A DNA stretch of 64,000 bases from Mobula hypostoma (taxonomy: Eukaryota), in assembly GCF_963921235.1 (NCBI RefSeq), contig NC_086106.1:24490001-24554000 (forward strand), written 5' to 3'. Of this stretch, positions 48,713 through 60,792 are shown one piece after another (positions within the stretch are counted from its first letter, which is position 1; every line of letters begins with the position of its first letter). Below the pieces are notes generated by a model that did not search any database, was not told where the DNA came from, and saw only the letters and a program-made list of their open reading frames with translations. Position numbers and translations under genes: made by a program.

Positions 48713-51700
48713 TACTCAAATCAATGCCACGAACTGAACTGAACTTAACTTTACACATTATCGTAAGACTGTATCTTTTTACCGCGAGAGTTAAAGAAGC
48801 TTGGTTTTTGGTTTTTCATACATATAAATTTCCACACTGACTGATATATTACTCTTTTGTAGTGATTGCTAAACTGTTTGATGTATCCATATTTATATTA
48901 CTGTATTGCGTAGTTACTAATAAATATCATTAGTTTATAGCAATACTGGATTCCAAAGTGTTTTCCATCTCTGCTGGTTGTTTATTCCGGTCATGGGGTT
49001 AGTGACAAAATTGGGGGCTCGTCCGGGATATGAACAAATTGGTCGGGAGGCTGGTTTGAATTGATTGGGGGAAATTCACTTTGATTTGGTTGTGTGGAGT
49101 ATCAGCAGGAATGGAGTTTGAGGTTAATAAGTTTATGGCGGAACCAACCCCTGAGGCACTGGACGATGCTAAGAAGGATTTGCTTTCTGGGAATTCCTCA
49201 AAGGTTAACTAAGGTTGACCACTAAAATGAGGAAAGTTCAGATGCAGACGATAATAGCCCAGCATTAGTTAGCTGCGGGAGCGTTTGTGGAGGAGGCGTT
49301 AGAGTTATTTGCTGCAGGTAAGGTACATGCTGAGGCTGAAGCTCAGTTGAAACTGAAATTGGTATTAATACAGCTCGAGACTGGGGCCACAGAAAATCTG
49401 AGGACCCATGAGGCTAGATAGGCAGACAAACGGAAAGAAGAGGCAGCAAGACAGAGTTTGGAAGGGGGAAATGGCAACGTGACGATTGTGGTGAACCGCG
49501 ATGAGGGTTTTAGTGTATGTCGAGAAATTAAGTTAGTGCCTGCATTTGATGAACCAGAAACTTATATGTATTTCCTACATTTCGAGAAAGTGACCCGTAA
49601 TCGGAATTGGCCGAGGGATCATTGGGCGGAGCTACTACAGAGTGTGATTAAGGGGAAGGCACAGCAAACATATGCAGCCCTGTCTCTTGAAGACGCAAAG
49701 GATTACGATGAAGTTAAAGATGCTGTGTTGAAAGCTGATGAGTTAGTCCCAGAAGCGTACAGTCAATGGTTTCGAGGTTTGAGAAAGCCCTGGATCCAAA
49801 GGTAAGTGGAGTTTGCCTATGAGAAACGGGTGTACTTTGATCGGTGGTGTGCTTCGAAAGAGGCGATCGAGAATATTGGCAACTTGAACGAGTTGTTATT
49901 GATTGAAGAGTTTAAAAACTGCGACTCGGCTGACATCAGGACGCACTTAGATGGGAAAGGGGCAGCGACAATCTCAGAGTCTGCTAAGTTAGCAGCCAGG
50001 TATGCCTTAACTCATAAAGCTGAGTTTATTTTTTTCCCCACTAAGAATAACCAACAAGGGAGTAGAGATAATCTACCAGCTAAACTAGAGAGTAAACCCG
50101 GGACTAGTGACAAAAGTAAGGAGGAAGGGAAACAGTCAGGGGGAAAATTTCCAAGTTTCATGGATTACTCTTGTGGTAAATCTGGCCATGTGACGTACAA
50201 ATGTATTGCTGTGAAGATGGGGAAAAGAAAAGAGAAAGGGAAAACCCCAAATGCCTGCGGTCAGATGGTAAAAACACTGCTGAAGTAGGCGGGGTCTGAC
50301 CGAGTTTAGGAGGGACTCTAGAGATTTTTCTCAGAGTGATTTGTATCTGTGAAAAAGGGGTCAACCCCAGTTCTAGGAAGAATCTGGAGAGATACTGGAG
50401 CTTTCAAGTCACGGATCTGAAAGAGTGTTTTGGAATTTAGTGCTGAGTTGGAGACTGGGAAAGTAAATATTATCAAGGACATTGGAAAGGGAACAGAGGC
50501 CGTGCCTTTGCATCAGATCATTTTGAAATGCGACTTGTTACCTAAACCAGCCATAATAGGGTTACGATCTGAGCTACCGATAGACCAAGTAGATGTCTTA
50601 CTCGGTAATGTTCTTGCAGGCGGTGATGTTTACCCAGCAGTTCAGCTCATATATAAGCCTGATGCTATGGAGGCCCCGTCAATAGATGCTGATGTGCTTA
50701 CCGCATGCGCAGTGACCCGAAGCATGTCCAGAAAGGTTGCTACTGCTAATATTGATTTATATGGGACTTTCCTACCGTCCCTTTAACAACAGGACTTTGA
50801 GGGTTGTAAGGTTGAGGTGAGCAAGGAGGAGAGAAAAGACTTGTCCTCATCAAGGAAGGAATTTATAGAGCAGCAGAATGAAGATCCTGAAATTGTGCCT
50901 TTTGAAGAGAGCCTTCTCTGAGGATGAAATTCAGAGAGAGACAGTTGGGTATTACCTTAAAGATGGGGTGTAGATGAGGAAGTGGAGACCAGATACGAGC
51001 CTGCGAGTGGGGATTCGGATATCGTGAACCATGTGGTGGTTCCGAAAGTTCACAGGGCTGAAATGTTAAACCTGGCCCATAAGATGCCTTTATGGGGACA
51101 TTTTGGAGTAAAGAAGACAGTGCACAGGATCATAAGGGAATTTTATTGGCCTAACGTGAGGAATTATATTGTCAATTACTGCAGACCGTATCATACATGC
51201 CATGTGGTGGAAAAACCTAACCAGGCCATTCCAAAAGCTCCTCTTCAGTCAATACCTGCGTTGCTCAGCGTTTTTACAGGGTCATAGTGGGTTGTGTAGG
51301 TGCATTGCCAAAGACTGCAGGTGGTCATTAATATTTCTTAAAATTTATGTGTGCAGCATCTAGGTTCCCTGAAGCTATGCCTGTCAGAAACATCCAGACT
51401 ACGACTGTAGTAAAAGCACTCAGCAAGTTTTTGGCACTAGTCGGTTTACCTAAAGGCATTAAATCTGACCAGGGTAGTAACTTCACTTCAAAATATTCCA
51501 TCAAATAGTATCAGAGCTGGGAGTTCAACAGATTGTGTCATCTGCCTAACATCTGGAGTTTCAAGAGAGTCTGGAGAGGTTTAATTTCACTTTAAAAACC
51601 ATGATTGAAACCTACTGTTATGAGAATGACAAGGACTGGGATGAGGGGATACACTTACTAGTTTTTGCTGTGAGGGACACCATTCAAGAGTCCTTGGGGT

Positions 51701-53780
51701 TTAGGCCTTTTGATCTCATTTTCGGCCATAGCCCCAAACGACCTTTGACCGTGCTCAGGGAGCAATGGTCTGACGCAAAAGTGTGTGTCAACATGTTAGA
51801 CTATGGTTTAAATTACCGTGAAAGGCTTAACAAGGCCTGTGACCTTGCGAAGAGGAATTTGAAAAACTTCCAAATTAAACTGAAATATTGGTTGATAAGA
51901 GAGAGAGGGAGCAAGTGTTGAAGTTAGAAATTAATCATTGGTGCTGTTCCCTCTTGTGACCAACCTCCTACAAGCAAAATTCCATGGACCATACCGCATA
52001 ATTAAGAAAATTGATTCTTTGATTTATGTTATTGAAACTCCTGACAGGAAGAAAGCAACACAGCTGGTGCACGTTAATATGTTGAAACCTTAGTATATTC
52101 TGAGACGGTACCAGTAAGTTGGATCACAAAAACAGGTAGGGCTGAGCAATTTGATAATAAGGGGAAAATCATTTCACCAAACTGAGTATTATATCAACGA
52201 CACCTACAAATTCCATTATTTTAAAGGACCTTACTGATAAGTTTTGTCATCTGGAGCCTGCATAAAGAGAGCAATTACAGGAACTGTTTAGGAAGCACAA
52301 AGATTTATTTCCTAACATCCCAAGACGGTGTATAGGGGCAGTGCATGATGTCATTATATATTCAGCCCAGCCCATTAAACAGAATCCTTACAGAATGAAC
52401 GTCGGGAAAAACAATGGTTGAAGCAGAGATTGGATACATGCTAGCAACCGGTACTATTAGGAAATCTACCTCTGACTGGGCGTTACCCTGCGTCCTTATG
52501 CCTGAACCGGACGGTAGCATGAGATTCTGTACTAACTGCAGGAAAATTAATGCAATAACCAAGACGGATGCTTATCATAACCCAAGGGTCGGTGACTGTG
52601 TTGATAAAGTGGGAAAAACAAAGTACCTCATAAAGATTGATCTGTTAAAAGCATATTGGTGTGTTCCATTCACGGAAAGGGCCAGAGCAATCTCAGTGTT
52701 TATCACACCGCCAGGGCTGTATGAATACAATGTTTTGCACTTCGGGATGAAAAATGCAACAGGGGCATTTCAAAGAAAGATCAATTCTGTGATTAGAGGT
52801 TTAGAAAACACATGGGGATTATATTGATGACTTAGTGGTCTGGAATGACACGTGGGAAGAGCATACTGCAGCGGTAGAAAAACTGTCTGACAGACTTTCT
52901 AAGGCAAATCTTACGGTGAACCTCGGAAAAATTAAGTTTGAACAATGCCACAGTTACATATCTGGGTACTGGCCCCTGTTTACGCCAAGGTTCAAGTTAT
53001 TGCTGAAGTTCCTGTTTCGACTGGCAAGAAAGCTTTGAGAAGGATTTTAGGAATGGTGGGTATTATCGTAAGTTATGTAAGAACTTTGTTTACATTGCTC
53101 TCGCCCTAACAAAACTCCTAGGGAAGAGTGAAAGATTTATATGGAAAATGCTTTGCCAGGACGCATTTGAACGCCTGAAAACCATCCTGTGTTATCCTTC
53201 TGTGCTCAAAGGACCGGAGTTTTCCAAACCATTCTCGATAGCAACAGACGCTAGTGCCGAAGCTGCTGGGGTAGTACTGTTACAAAAGGGTGCGGATAAT
53301 ATTGAACACCCAGTAGCTTATTTCTCAAAGAAAGTTAATGTGCACCAGAAAAATTAGTCAACTGTTGAAAATGAGTTTGTGGCACTTATTCTGGACTTAC
53401 AACATTTTGAAGGTTTATACTTGTCCTGCTCAAAGACCTGTTGTGATTTACACGGATCATAATCCATTGGTGTTTTTAATTAAAATGAAGGATAAGAATA
53501 TACGGTCGTTAGAGTCTGATATTGCAGGAATTTGATTTGACAATCAAACATGTGAAAGGTACTGACAATAGCTGATTGCCCATCCAGATGTTAAGTTGGA
53601 AACTGTAAACTGTTGGAATCTGATCATATATATTTTTCTTCTGTATTGTTTCAAACTCTTTAATTTACAATTAGACAAAAAATCGTCTTCTACATTTTTC
53701 TTCTCTGAGGAAGGGGAGTGTGAGGGGATCGTGAAGTGCCCCTATTAACTGTGCTTTTGAAGAGACAGAGAGTGAGAGAG

Positions 53781-53789
53781 AAAGACAGG

Positions 53790-53856
<67 letters not shown>
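53781..53856. repeat. (GA)n microsatellite in the 3' LTR
   Basis: Direct observation; much longer than the equivalent site in the 5' LTR. Confidence 0.95.
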
Positions 53857-53858
<2 letters not shown>

Positions 53859-54561
53859 ATTTACCACCGATGGCTTGTTTTGAAGAGAGAGAGAGAGAGA
53901 GACGAAGATTAACGATTGGACTGTCACTTTAAGGCATTGGAAGTAATTTTGGAATTTTACTGAGTTGGATTTAGAGACAGCACCGGGCTGCTCGAAAGTT
54001 GCTATGGTGACCGAAGGCAGATTTTAGAGGTTACTTTCAAGGACTTGTTGCCTGCTTGTATTGCTTCAAGACAGAGGAAGAAGGAATTATGCGAATGTCA
54101 GTTGATGCCTAGCGTGGTGAGATAAATAGGAGGTCAGATAATACAGACCTCAGAAACATGATCTGGACACTGAATAAGCATTGGTGTGCCCCCAAAATTG
54201 TGGGTTTTGGAGGATCGATAAGGCGGATCGATCTCATCGCTCTTGTAGTTCAAGAAGAAAAAAAGGCTTGACTGCTGGGGACTTGTCTATATGTCCACCC
54301 TCGCCTGGGTGATAGCTCCACCACAGAAAACCGGTCCCCTTTGTCAAAGTCGCAGTCACTGACTAGTAAACGATTTCGGAGGACGACGAGAAAATCCACG
54401 GCATCAGCCCACCTGAAGACTCAAATTCCTCTCCCTCTCTCTCCATCACTACTCAGCTAAATACCACGGACTGCACTGACTGCACTGATCTTTACTCATC
54501 ATCGTAAGACTGTATCTTTTTACCCGTGGACTTAAAGATGATTGGTTTTTCATCCATATAT

Positions 54562-57500
54562 CTGGTCTCTGGTACTGGTCTGAAGCTGTTGTGCAGGACC
54601 GAAGGAGGGAGAAGAGGAATGCGGTTGCCATAGGGGATTCCATTGTCAGGGGAACGGACAGGGGATTCTGTGAGCCTGATAGAGATACCCACATACTGTG
54701 TTGCCTTCCTGGTGCCAGGTTACGGGATGTCTCGGATCGGGCCAGAATTTTATGAAGGGATAGGCTGTGCAGCCAGTTATCTTGGTACATGTTGGTACCA
54801 ATGACATAGATAGGACAAGGGAGGAGATCCTGAAGAGAGATTTCTGGGAGTTGGGAAGGAAGCTGAGAAGCAGGATCTCCAGGGTAGTAATCCGGGGATT
54901 GCTACCTGTGCCACGTGCTAGCGAAGGCAAGAATAGTAGTATCAGGCAATGAATGCGTGGCCGAGAGATTGGTGCAGGGGGCAGGGCTTCAGATTCTTGG
55001 ATAATTGGGATCTCTTCTGGTGGAAGTATAACCTGTTCGAAATGGACAGGTTACACCTGAACCCGAAGGCTACCAATATCCTGGCCGGAAAGTTTAATAG
55101 AGCTGTTAGGGGCCGGGGGGGGGGGGGAGGGTTAAACTATTTTGGAAAGGGGATCGGAACCGGAGTGGTAGAACGGAGGAAGCGGAAAAAACAGAAATAA
55201 ATGTTAGATAGTGAGCAGTAAAGATGTCAGGAAAGACAGGACGGCGATGGGGCAAATTAGTAGCCATTTGGATGAGTTGCAGTACAACAAACTTGCAATG
55301 AAATCAATGCGCAAAGTACCAAATACTGGTCTTAATGTGTTATAGTTAAATGCACGCAGCATAAGGAATAAGATGGATGATCTTGTCGTACAGCTACAGA
55401 TTGGCAGGTGTGATATTATGGCCATCACTGAGACCTGGCTAAAGGATGCATGTCTCTGCGAGCTGAACGTCCAAGGATACAAGGTGTATCGGAAGGATAG
55501 GAAGGTAGGCAGAGGGGGAGGCGTGGGTTTATTGGTAAGAAATGATAGCAAATCATAACAAAGAGGTGATATAGGATCGGAAGGTGCAGAATCTTTATGA
55601 GTTGAGCTAAGATTTCGCAGGGGTAAAATGACCCTGATGGCAGTAATTTTTTTAGGCCCCGGAACAGCTGCAGTGATGTGGACTACAAATTACAACAGGA
55701 AATAGAAAAGGCTTGTCAGAAGGGCGGTGTTATGTTAACTGTGAGGATTTTAACATGTGAGTGGATTGGGAAAATCAGGTCGGCACTGGATCTCAAGAGA
55801 GAGAATTTGTAGAATGTCTGCGAGATGACTTTTTAGAACCGCTTGTTGTTGAGCCCATTAGGGGATCGGCTGCACTGGTTTGGGTATTGTGTAATGAACC
55901 CGAGCTGATTAGAGAGATGAGGTAATAGAAACCTTAGGAGGCCGTGATCATAACATGATTGAGTTCACTGTGAAATTTGAAAAAGAGAAGCCGAAATCTG
56001 ATGTGTCGGCATTTCGGTGGAGTAAACTAAATTACAGTGGCATGAGAGAGGAACTGGCCAAACTTGACTGGAAAGGGACACTGGCGAGAAAGACGGCAGA
56101 CCAGCAGTGGCTGGAGTTTATGCGAGAAGTGAGGAAGGTACAAAACAGGTGTATTCCCAAAAATAAATTTTCGAATGGAAAAAGGATTCAAGGGTGGTTG
56201 ACAAGAGAAGTCAAAGCCAAAGTTAAAGCAAAGGAGAGGGCATACAAGGAAGCACAAGTTAGTGGGAAGAAGGAGAATTGGGAAATTTATAAAAGGTTAC
56301 CAAAAGGAAACTACGGAGGTCATTAAGAGAGAAAAAGATTAACTATGAAAAGAAGCTAGTAATAATATGCAAGAGGATACGAAAAGCTTTTTCAAGTATA
56401 TAAAGGATAAAAGACAGGCCAGAGTTGATATAGGACCGATAGAAAATGATGCTGGCGAAATTTTAATGGGAGATACGGAGATGGCGGAGGAACTGAACGA
56501 GTATTTTGCATCAGTCTTCACTGAGGAAGACATCAGCTGTATACCGGACACTGAAGGGTGGTAGGGAAGAGAAGTGTGCGCAGTCACAATTACCACAGAG
56601 AAAGTACTACGGAATCTGAATAGTCTAAAGTTAGATAAATCTCCCGGACCAAATGGAATGCACCCTCGTGTTCTGGAGGAAGTAGCTGTGGAGATTGCGG
56701 AGGCATTAGCAATGGCCTTTCAAAAGTCGATAGATTCTGGCATGCTTCCGGAGGACTGGAAGATTGCAAATGTCACTCCGCTATGTAACAAGGGGGCAAG
56801 GAAGAAACATGGACACTATAGACCTGTTAGCTTGACATCTGTGGTTGGGAAGTTGTTGGAGTCGATTGTCAAAGATGAGGTTACAGAGTGCCTGGAGGCA
56901 TATGACAAGATAGGCAGAACTCAGCATGGATGCCTTTAAGTGAAAATTCTGCCTGACAAACCTATTACAATTTTTTGAGGAAATTACAAGTAGATCAGAC
57001 AAGGGAGATGCAGTGGATGTTGTATATTTGGATTTTCAGAAGGCCTTTGACAAGGTGCCACATATGAGGCTACTTAACAAGATAAGAGCCCATGGAATTA
57101 CGGGAAAGTTACATACCTGGATAGAGCGTTGGCTGATTGGCAGGAAACAGAGAGTGGGAGTAAAGGGATCCTATTCTGGTTGCCTGCCGGTTACCACTGG
57201 TGTTCCACAGGGTCCCTGTTGGGGCCGCTTCTTTTTACACTGTACAACAAAGATTTGGAGTATGGAATAGATGGCTTGGTGTCTAAGTGTGCTGACGATG
57301 CGAAGGTAGGTGGAGGGGCCGGCAGAGCTGAGGAAACAGAGAGTCTGCAGAGAGATTTGGATAAACAATGGGCAAAGAATTGGCAAATGAAATACAATGT
57401 TGGAAAAGGTATGGTTATGCACTTTTGTAGAACAAGTAAACGGGCAGACTATTATTTAAATGGAAAAAGAATTCAAAGTTCTCAAATGCAACGGGAATTG

Positions 57501-58208
57501 GGAGTCCTCGTACAGGATACCCTTTCGGTTAACCTCCAGGTTGAGTCGGTGGTGAAGAAAGCGATTGCAATGTTGGCACACATTTCTAGAGGAATAGAGT
57601 ATAGGAGCAGGGATGTTATGTTGAGGGTCAATAGGGTGCTGGTGAGACCTCAACTGGAGTCCTGTGGGCAGTTTTGGTCTCCTTATTTAAGAAAGGATGT
57701 GCTGACGTTGGACAGGCTACAGAGAAGATTTACTAGGATGGTTCCGGGAACGAGAGCATTAACATATGAGGAACGTTTGTCCGCTCTTGGACTGTATTCA
57801 TTGGAGTTTAGAAGAATGAGGAGAGACCTCATAGAAACATTTCGAATGTTGAAAGGCATGGAGAGAGTGGATTTGGCAGTTTCCCATGATGGGGGAGTCT
57901 AGTACGAGAGGGCATGACTTAAGGATTGAAGGGCCCCCATTCTGAACAGAAATGCGATTTTTTTTTTATCAGAGGGTGGTGAATCTGTGGAATTTGTTGC
58001 CTCGGGCAGCAGTGGAGGCCAGGTCATTGAGAATATTTAAGGCAAATTGATAGGTATCTGAGTAGCCGGGGCATCAAAGGCTATGGTGAGAAGGTGGGGG
58101 AGTGGGAGTAAATGGGAGAATGGATCAGCTCACGATAAAATGGAGGAGCAGACTCGATAGGCCGAAAGGCAGACTTCTGCTCCTTCGTCTTATGTTCTTA
58201 TGGTCTTG
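54562..58208 (+). mobile_element. Long CR1 LINE (ORF1 esterase part, ORF2, 3' UTR) inserted in the 3' LTR
   Basis: AIGDSIVRG, VHVGTNDI, DIMAITETWL, YLDFQKAFDKVPH, SKCADDAK motifs; TSD TATAT (54557-61 and 58209-13). Confidence 0.92.
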
Positions 58209-58390
58209 TATATTTAGACACTGACTGATATACTTACTCTTATGTAGTCATTGCTATCTTGTTTGATTTATCCATTTATATTGCTGTATTGTGTAGTTCT
58301 TAATAAATACTATTAGTTTATAGCAATACTGGACTCCAAAGTATTATCCACCTCTGCTGGTTCTTTATTCCCGTCACCGAGTTCGTGACA

Positions 58391-58660
58391 CACACCACTC
58401 TTCCCAAAATGTGAGATGTACTTTTTGATCCTACTGTCTGTGAGTCTTTAATCAAAACATGTGGAACGCGTCCAGTGGGATGCTACAACATAATATCCTG
58501 CTGAACCACCACAAGAATCAAGATGTCGTTCTCGTTTTATTTGTTTGCGTCTGAGCCTCTTCCTCAGTAAATAGGAGCATGGGAAATTCATATAAAGTAG
58601 GCAGGGAATTCCCTGATTAATCTCAACGTTCTTCAAAAGGAAATACTGTTTTATATCCGG
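58391..58660 (-). pseudogene. Probable eroded V pseudogene cut by the provirus
   Basis: Lies downstream of a promoter block (58690-58900) paralogous to the one above the V pseudogene at 63230-63547; remnants EINQG..PCSY, FLWWF, GSKSTSH. Confidence 0.4.
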
Positions 58661-58927
58661 AAATATAGAGGCACGTATACCTTCCGATCATTTATATCCA
58701 TCAGTTTGATGTTGAACAATTGCATTATCGGGAGTTTTCAGTCCAGGTTCACCGTAGGAAAGCACTACATCAAACGTGAGAGTGTAGTTTGTCAGCAGCT
58801 AGGGAGATAAATTGCTTATTTTCAGTTCACATGACAACTATTAAAAGTAACGTCTGGAACGCCTAGCTGGCGTGGAAGCTTCTGTGAAAAATCAAGGAAT
58901 AAACTGTTCTAGTGAGCGAATTACTCG

Positions 58928-59615
58928 ACACAACGGAAGAGGAGAAGGTGGCGGCGCGACGTAGCGCGCAGCGGTCAGTCCGGTGATGAATATCTGTTAT
59001 CTGTCAAGTAGGGTGCCGTGCACAAACTTGATTTGATTGAGACAGACGTGAGAGCGCCGAGGAACATCTGGTGAAACTTCTGAAATGCCTGTTTCGCTGC
59101 TGCTGCTACTGTGTGATCCTGAATCTCGGGAGGGGAAAGCCCTCAGTCCTCGACTTTACCTGTTACTCGGCGTCCGGGGCGAGACTGAAGCGCTCGGCAG
59201 AGGTGGTGCTCAGTGTTTCGCTGTCGGAGTGCTGGCCGGAGGCTCGAAGTTTTCGGTCGGACTCAGAGTCGGCTGTGGTCGAGTGCTTCCAGTGTGCTGC
59301 ATCGGCAAGTTTGCGGCGCAGGAAGATCATGGTAGAGACAGTTTCTCCTTTCTACCGACTGCGTGATGTGATGAGCTATCGGGTCATTGATTTTTTTTTT
59401 CCCGAGCAAATGGTCTGCTCCTTATAAAATTACAGAATTGCTTTGCTCTGTTTTAAATATATGTTATACTCATGTGGACTTTGTCAGTTTTAGTCTTGGT
59501 CTGTCCTGTATTTGCGTGATATCATACTGGAGGAACATTGTATCATTTCTTAGTACATGCATTTCTAAATGACAATGAACGAGGACGGAATGTCCTCACG
59601 ATCTAATCTAATCTA
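58928..59615 (+). mobile_element. GC-rich-headed retroposed insertion with (atcta)n tail
   Basis: Interrupts sequence that is contiguous in the paralog at 63840-63885; ends gatctaatctaatcta. Confidence 0.6.
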
Positions 59616-59620
59616 AACTT

Positions 59621-59636
59621 TGCTGCCATCTGCTGG
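59621..59636 (-). promoter_or_regulatory. CTCF-consensus motif
   Basis: Minus strand CCAGCAGATGGCAGCA, a full match to CCASYAGRKGGCRS. Confidence 0.65.
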
Positions 59637-60189
59637 GATTTATCTTCTTTGCTCCTGGCTATGTTACATGAAACGCAAGGCGTCCGTCACGTCTTAACAC
59701 CCTACACACAAACAATTACCACTTCAATGAACCGAATTAATTGGTAAATTGTTCAGAGAAAAAGGTACTTTCTTAGGCTGCTTGTGAACACATTAAAATA
59801 TCATGTTCCAAGCTGCTTGCTCATTTCAGCTTTTCAAATCAATTCTGGTGTCTCTGAGATCTGGAGAAAATCCACATCAGAGAAGAATAACGGCTGATAT
59901 TGTATATGTTTTCTACACCAACGCCTGTTTACGCTCCCGTTTATTCTGTTCGCACCCTCTGCTCCAATGAGCAAGAAGAATTCGTTGACAGTCTTCTCCA
60001 CGCGAATTCCCGGCTGCCCCGCATTCCTTCGCCTCTGGCTGACCCTGTGCTTTTAATGTTAACTCACAAATTATTTGACGCCTCTGTTCTGTACTTCTAT
60101 GATCGCCACGACAAAATAGCATTTCCTGTGCTGCTTCTGAACGCCTTTTTTTCTATTATATCTTTCGAGAATTAGCACTGTGCCTGTTG

Positions 60190-60280
60190 TGATTGGTCGG
60201 TTTCGCCAATGAATATGTATTTCTCCTCAGGCAATGAGTCTCCACTCATTGGAGACTGACTCCAACAGAGTGATTATAAA
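60190..60280 (+). promoter_or_regulatory. V2 promoter: ATTGG/CCAAT pair and TATAAA
   Basis: gATTGG ~60192, gCCAAT ~60206, TATAAA 60275-80, ATG at 60327. Confidence 0.5.
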
Positions 60281-60326
60281 GAACGGTCTCACGCCGGTCC
60301 TTATTATTCTGTTTCTCCTTGTTAAG

Positions 60327-60367
60327 ATGTTCCTTCACTGTAGTATTCCAGAATACACTACTCCTCT
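60327..60367 (+). CDS. Atypical leader exon of V2
   Basis: ATG...CCT CT|GTAAGC = MFLHCSIPEYTTP; in frame only through a phase-2 intron to the acceptor at 60447-48; weakly hydrophobic. Confidence 0.5.
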
Positions 60368-60448
60368 GTAAGCGCGTTCTTTTTTTATATTTATGTAACC
60401 ATGTTGTTTGAACTAGAGCTAAATATCTATTATTTATTTTACTCTTAG

Positions 60449-60753
60449 ACTGGTACCTTCTGACTTAGTGGAACAGTCAGTAGATGCAATGACGTCCGAA
60501 AAAGAAAGTAATATAACTCTAAACTGTACTTTGCAAACAAGCATTGCAATCCTGAAAGTTTTCTGGTACAGGCAGCACACCGGCCAGCGACCACAGTACT
60601 TGATTCGGATTATCGCATGGACAGAATACCGAAGTGAAGATATAACCAATCGATTATTTGCTTCCTATGATAAAAGTAAAAAAAGAAATAGCGAACTATC
60701 GATCAACAACGCCATCATTTCTGACTCAGCCATGTACCTCTGTGCGATAAGCA
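60449..60753 (+). CDS. TRAV: TCR alpha/delta-type V segment V2, V exon (open frame)
   Basis: LVPSDLVEQSVDAMTSEKESNITLNCTLQTSIAILKVFWYRQHTGQRPQYLIRI...NRLFASYDKSKKRNSELSINNAIISDSAMYLCAIS has the conserved Cys, WYRQ and DSAxYxC. Confidence 0.9.
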
Positions 60754-60792
60754 CACGGTGCTGAATAAACTCAATTATCTCGAACAAAATCC
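60754..60792 (+). other. 23-bp-spacer RSS
   Basis: CACGGTG (60754-60), 23 nt spacer, ACAAAATCC (60784-92). Confidence 0.88.

Larger units (their letters stand above)
48017..58390 (+). mobile_element. Decayed full-length Gmr1-like Ty3/Gypsy provirus
   Basis: 5' LTR 48017-49007; PBS TGGGGGCTCGTCCGGGAT 49012-29 (tRNA-Pro); gag ~49450-50290. Integrase ~50980-51920 (HFGVKKT...CHVV; LGFRPFDLIFG) lies BEFORE RT ~52410-53040 (KIDLLKAYW) and RNase H ~53150-53535 (TDASAEAAGVVL). PPT ~53707-18; 3' LTR 53719-54561 plus 58209-58390. Confidence 0.92.
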
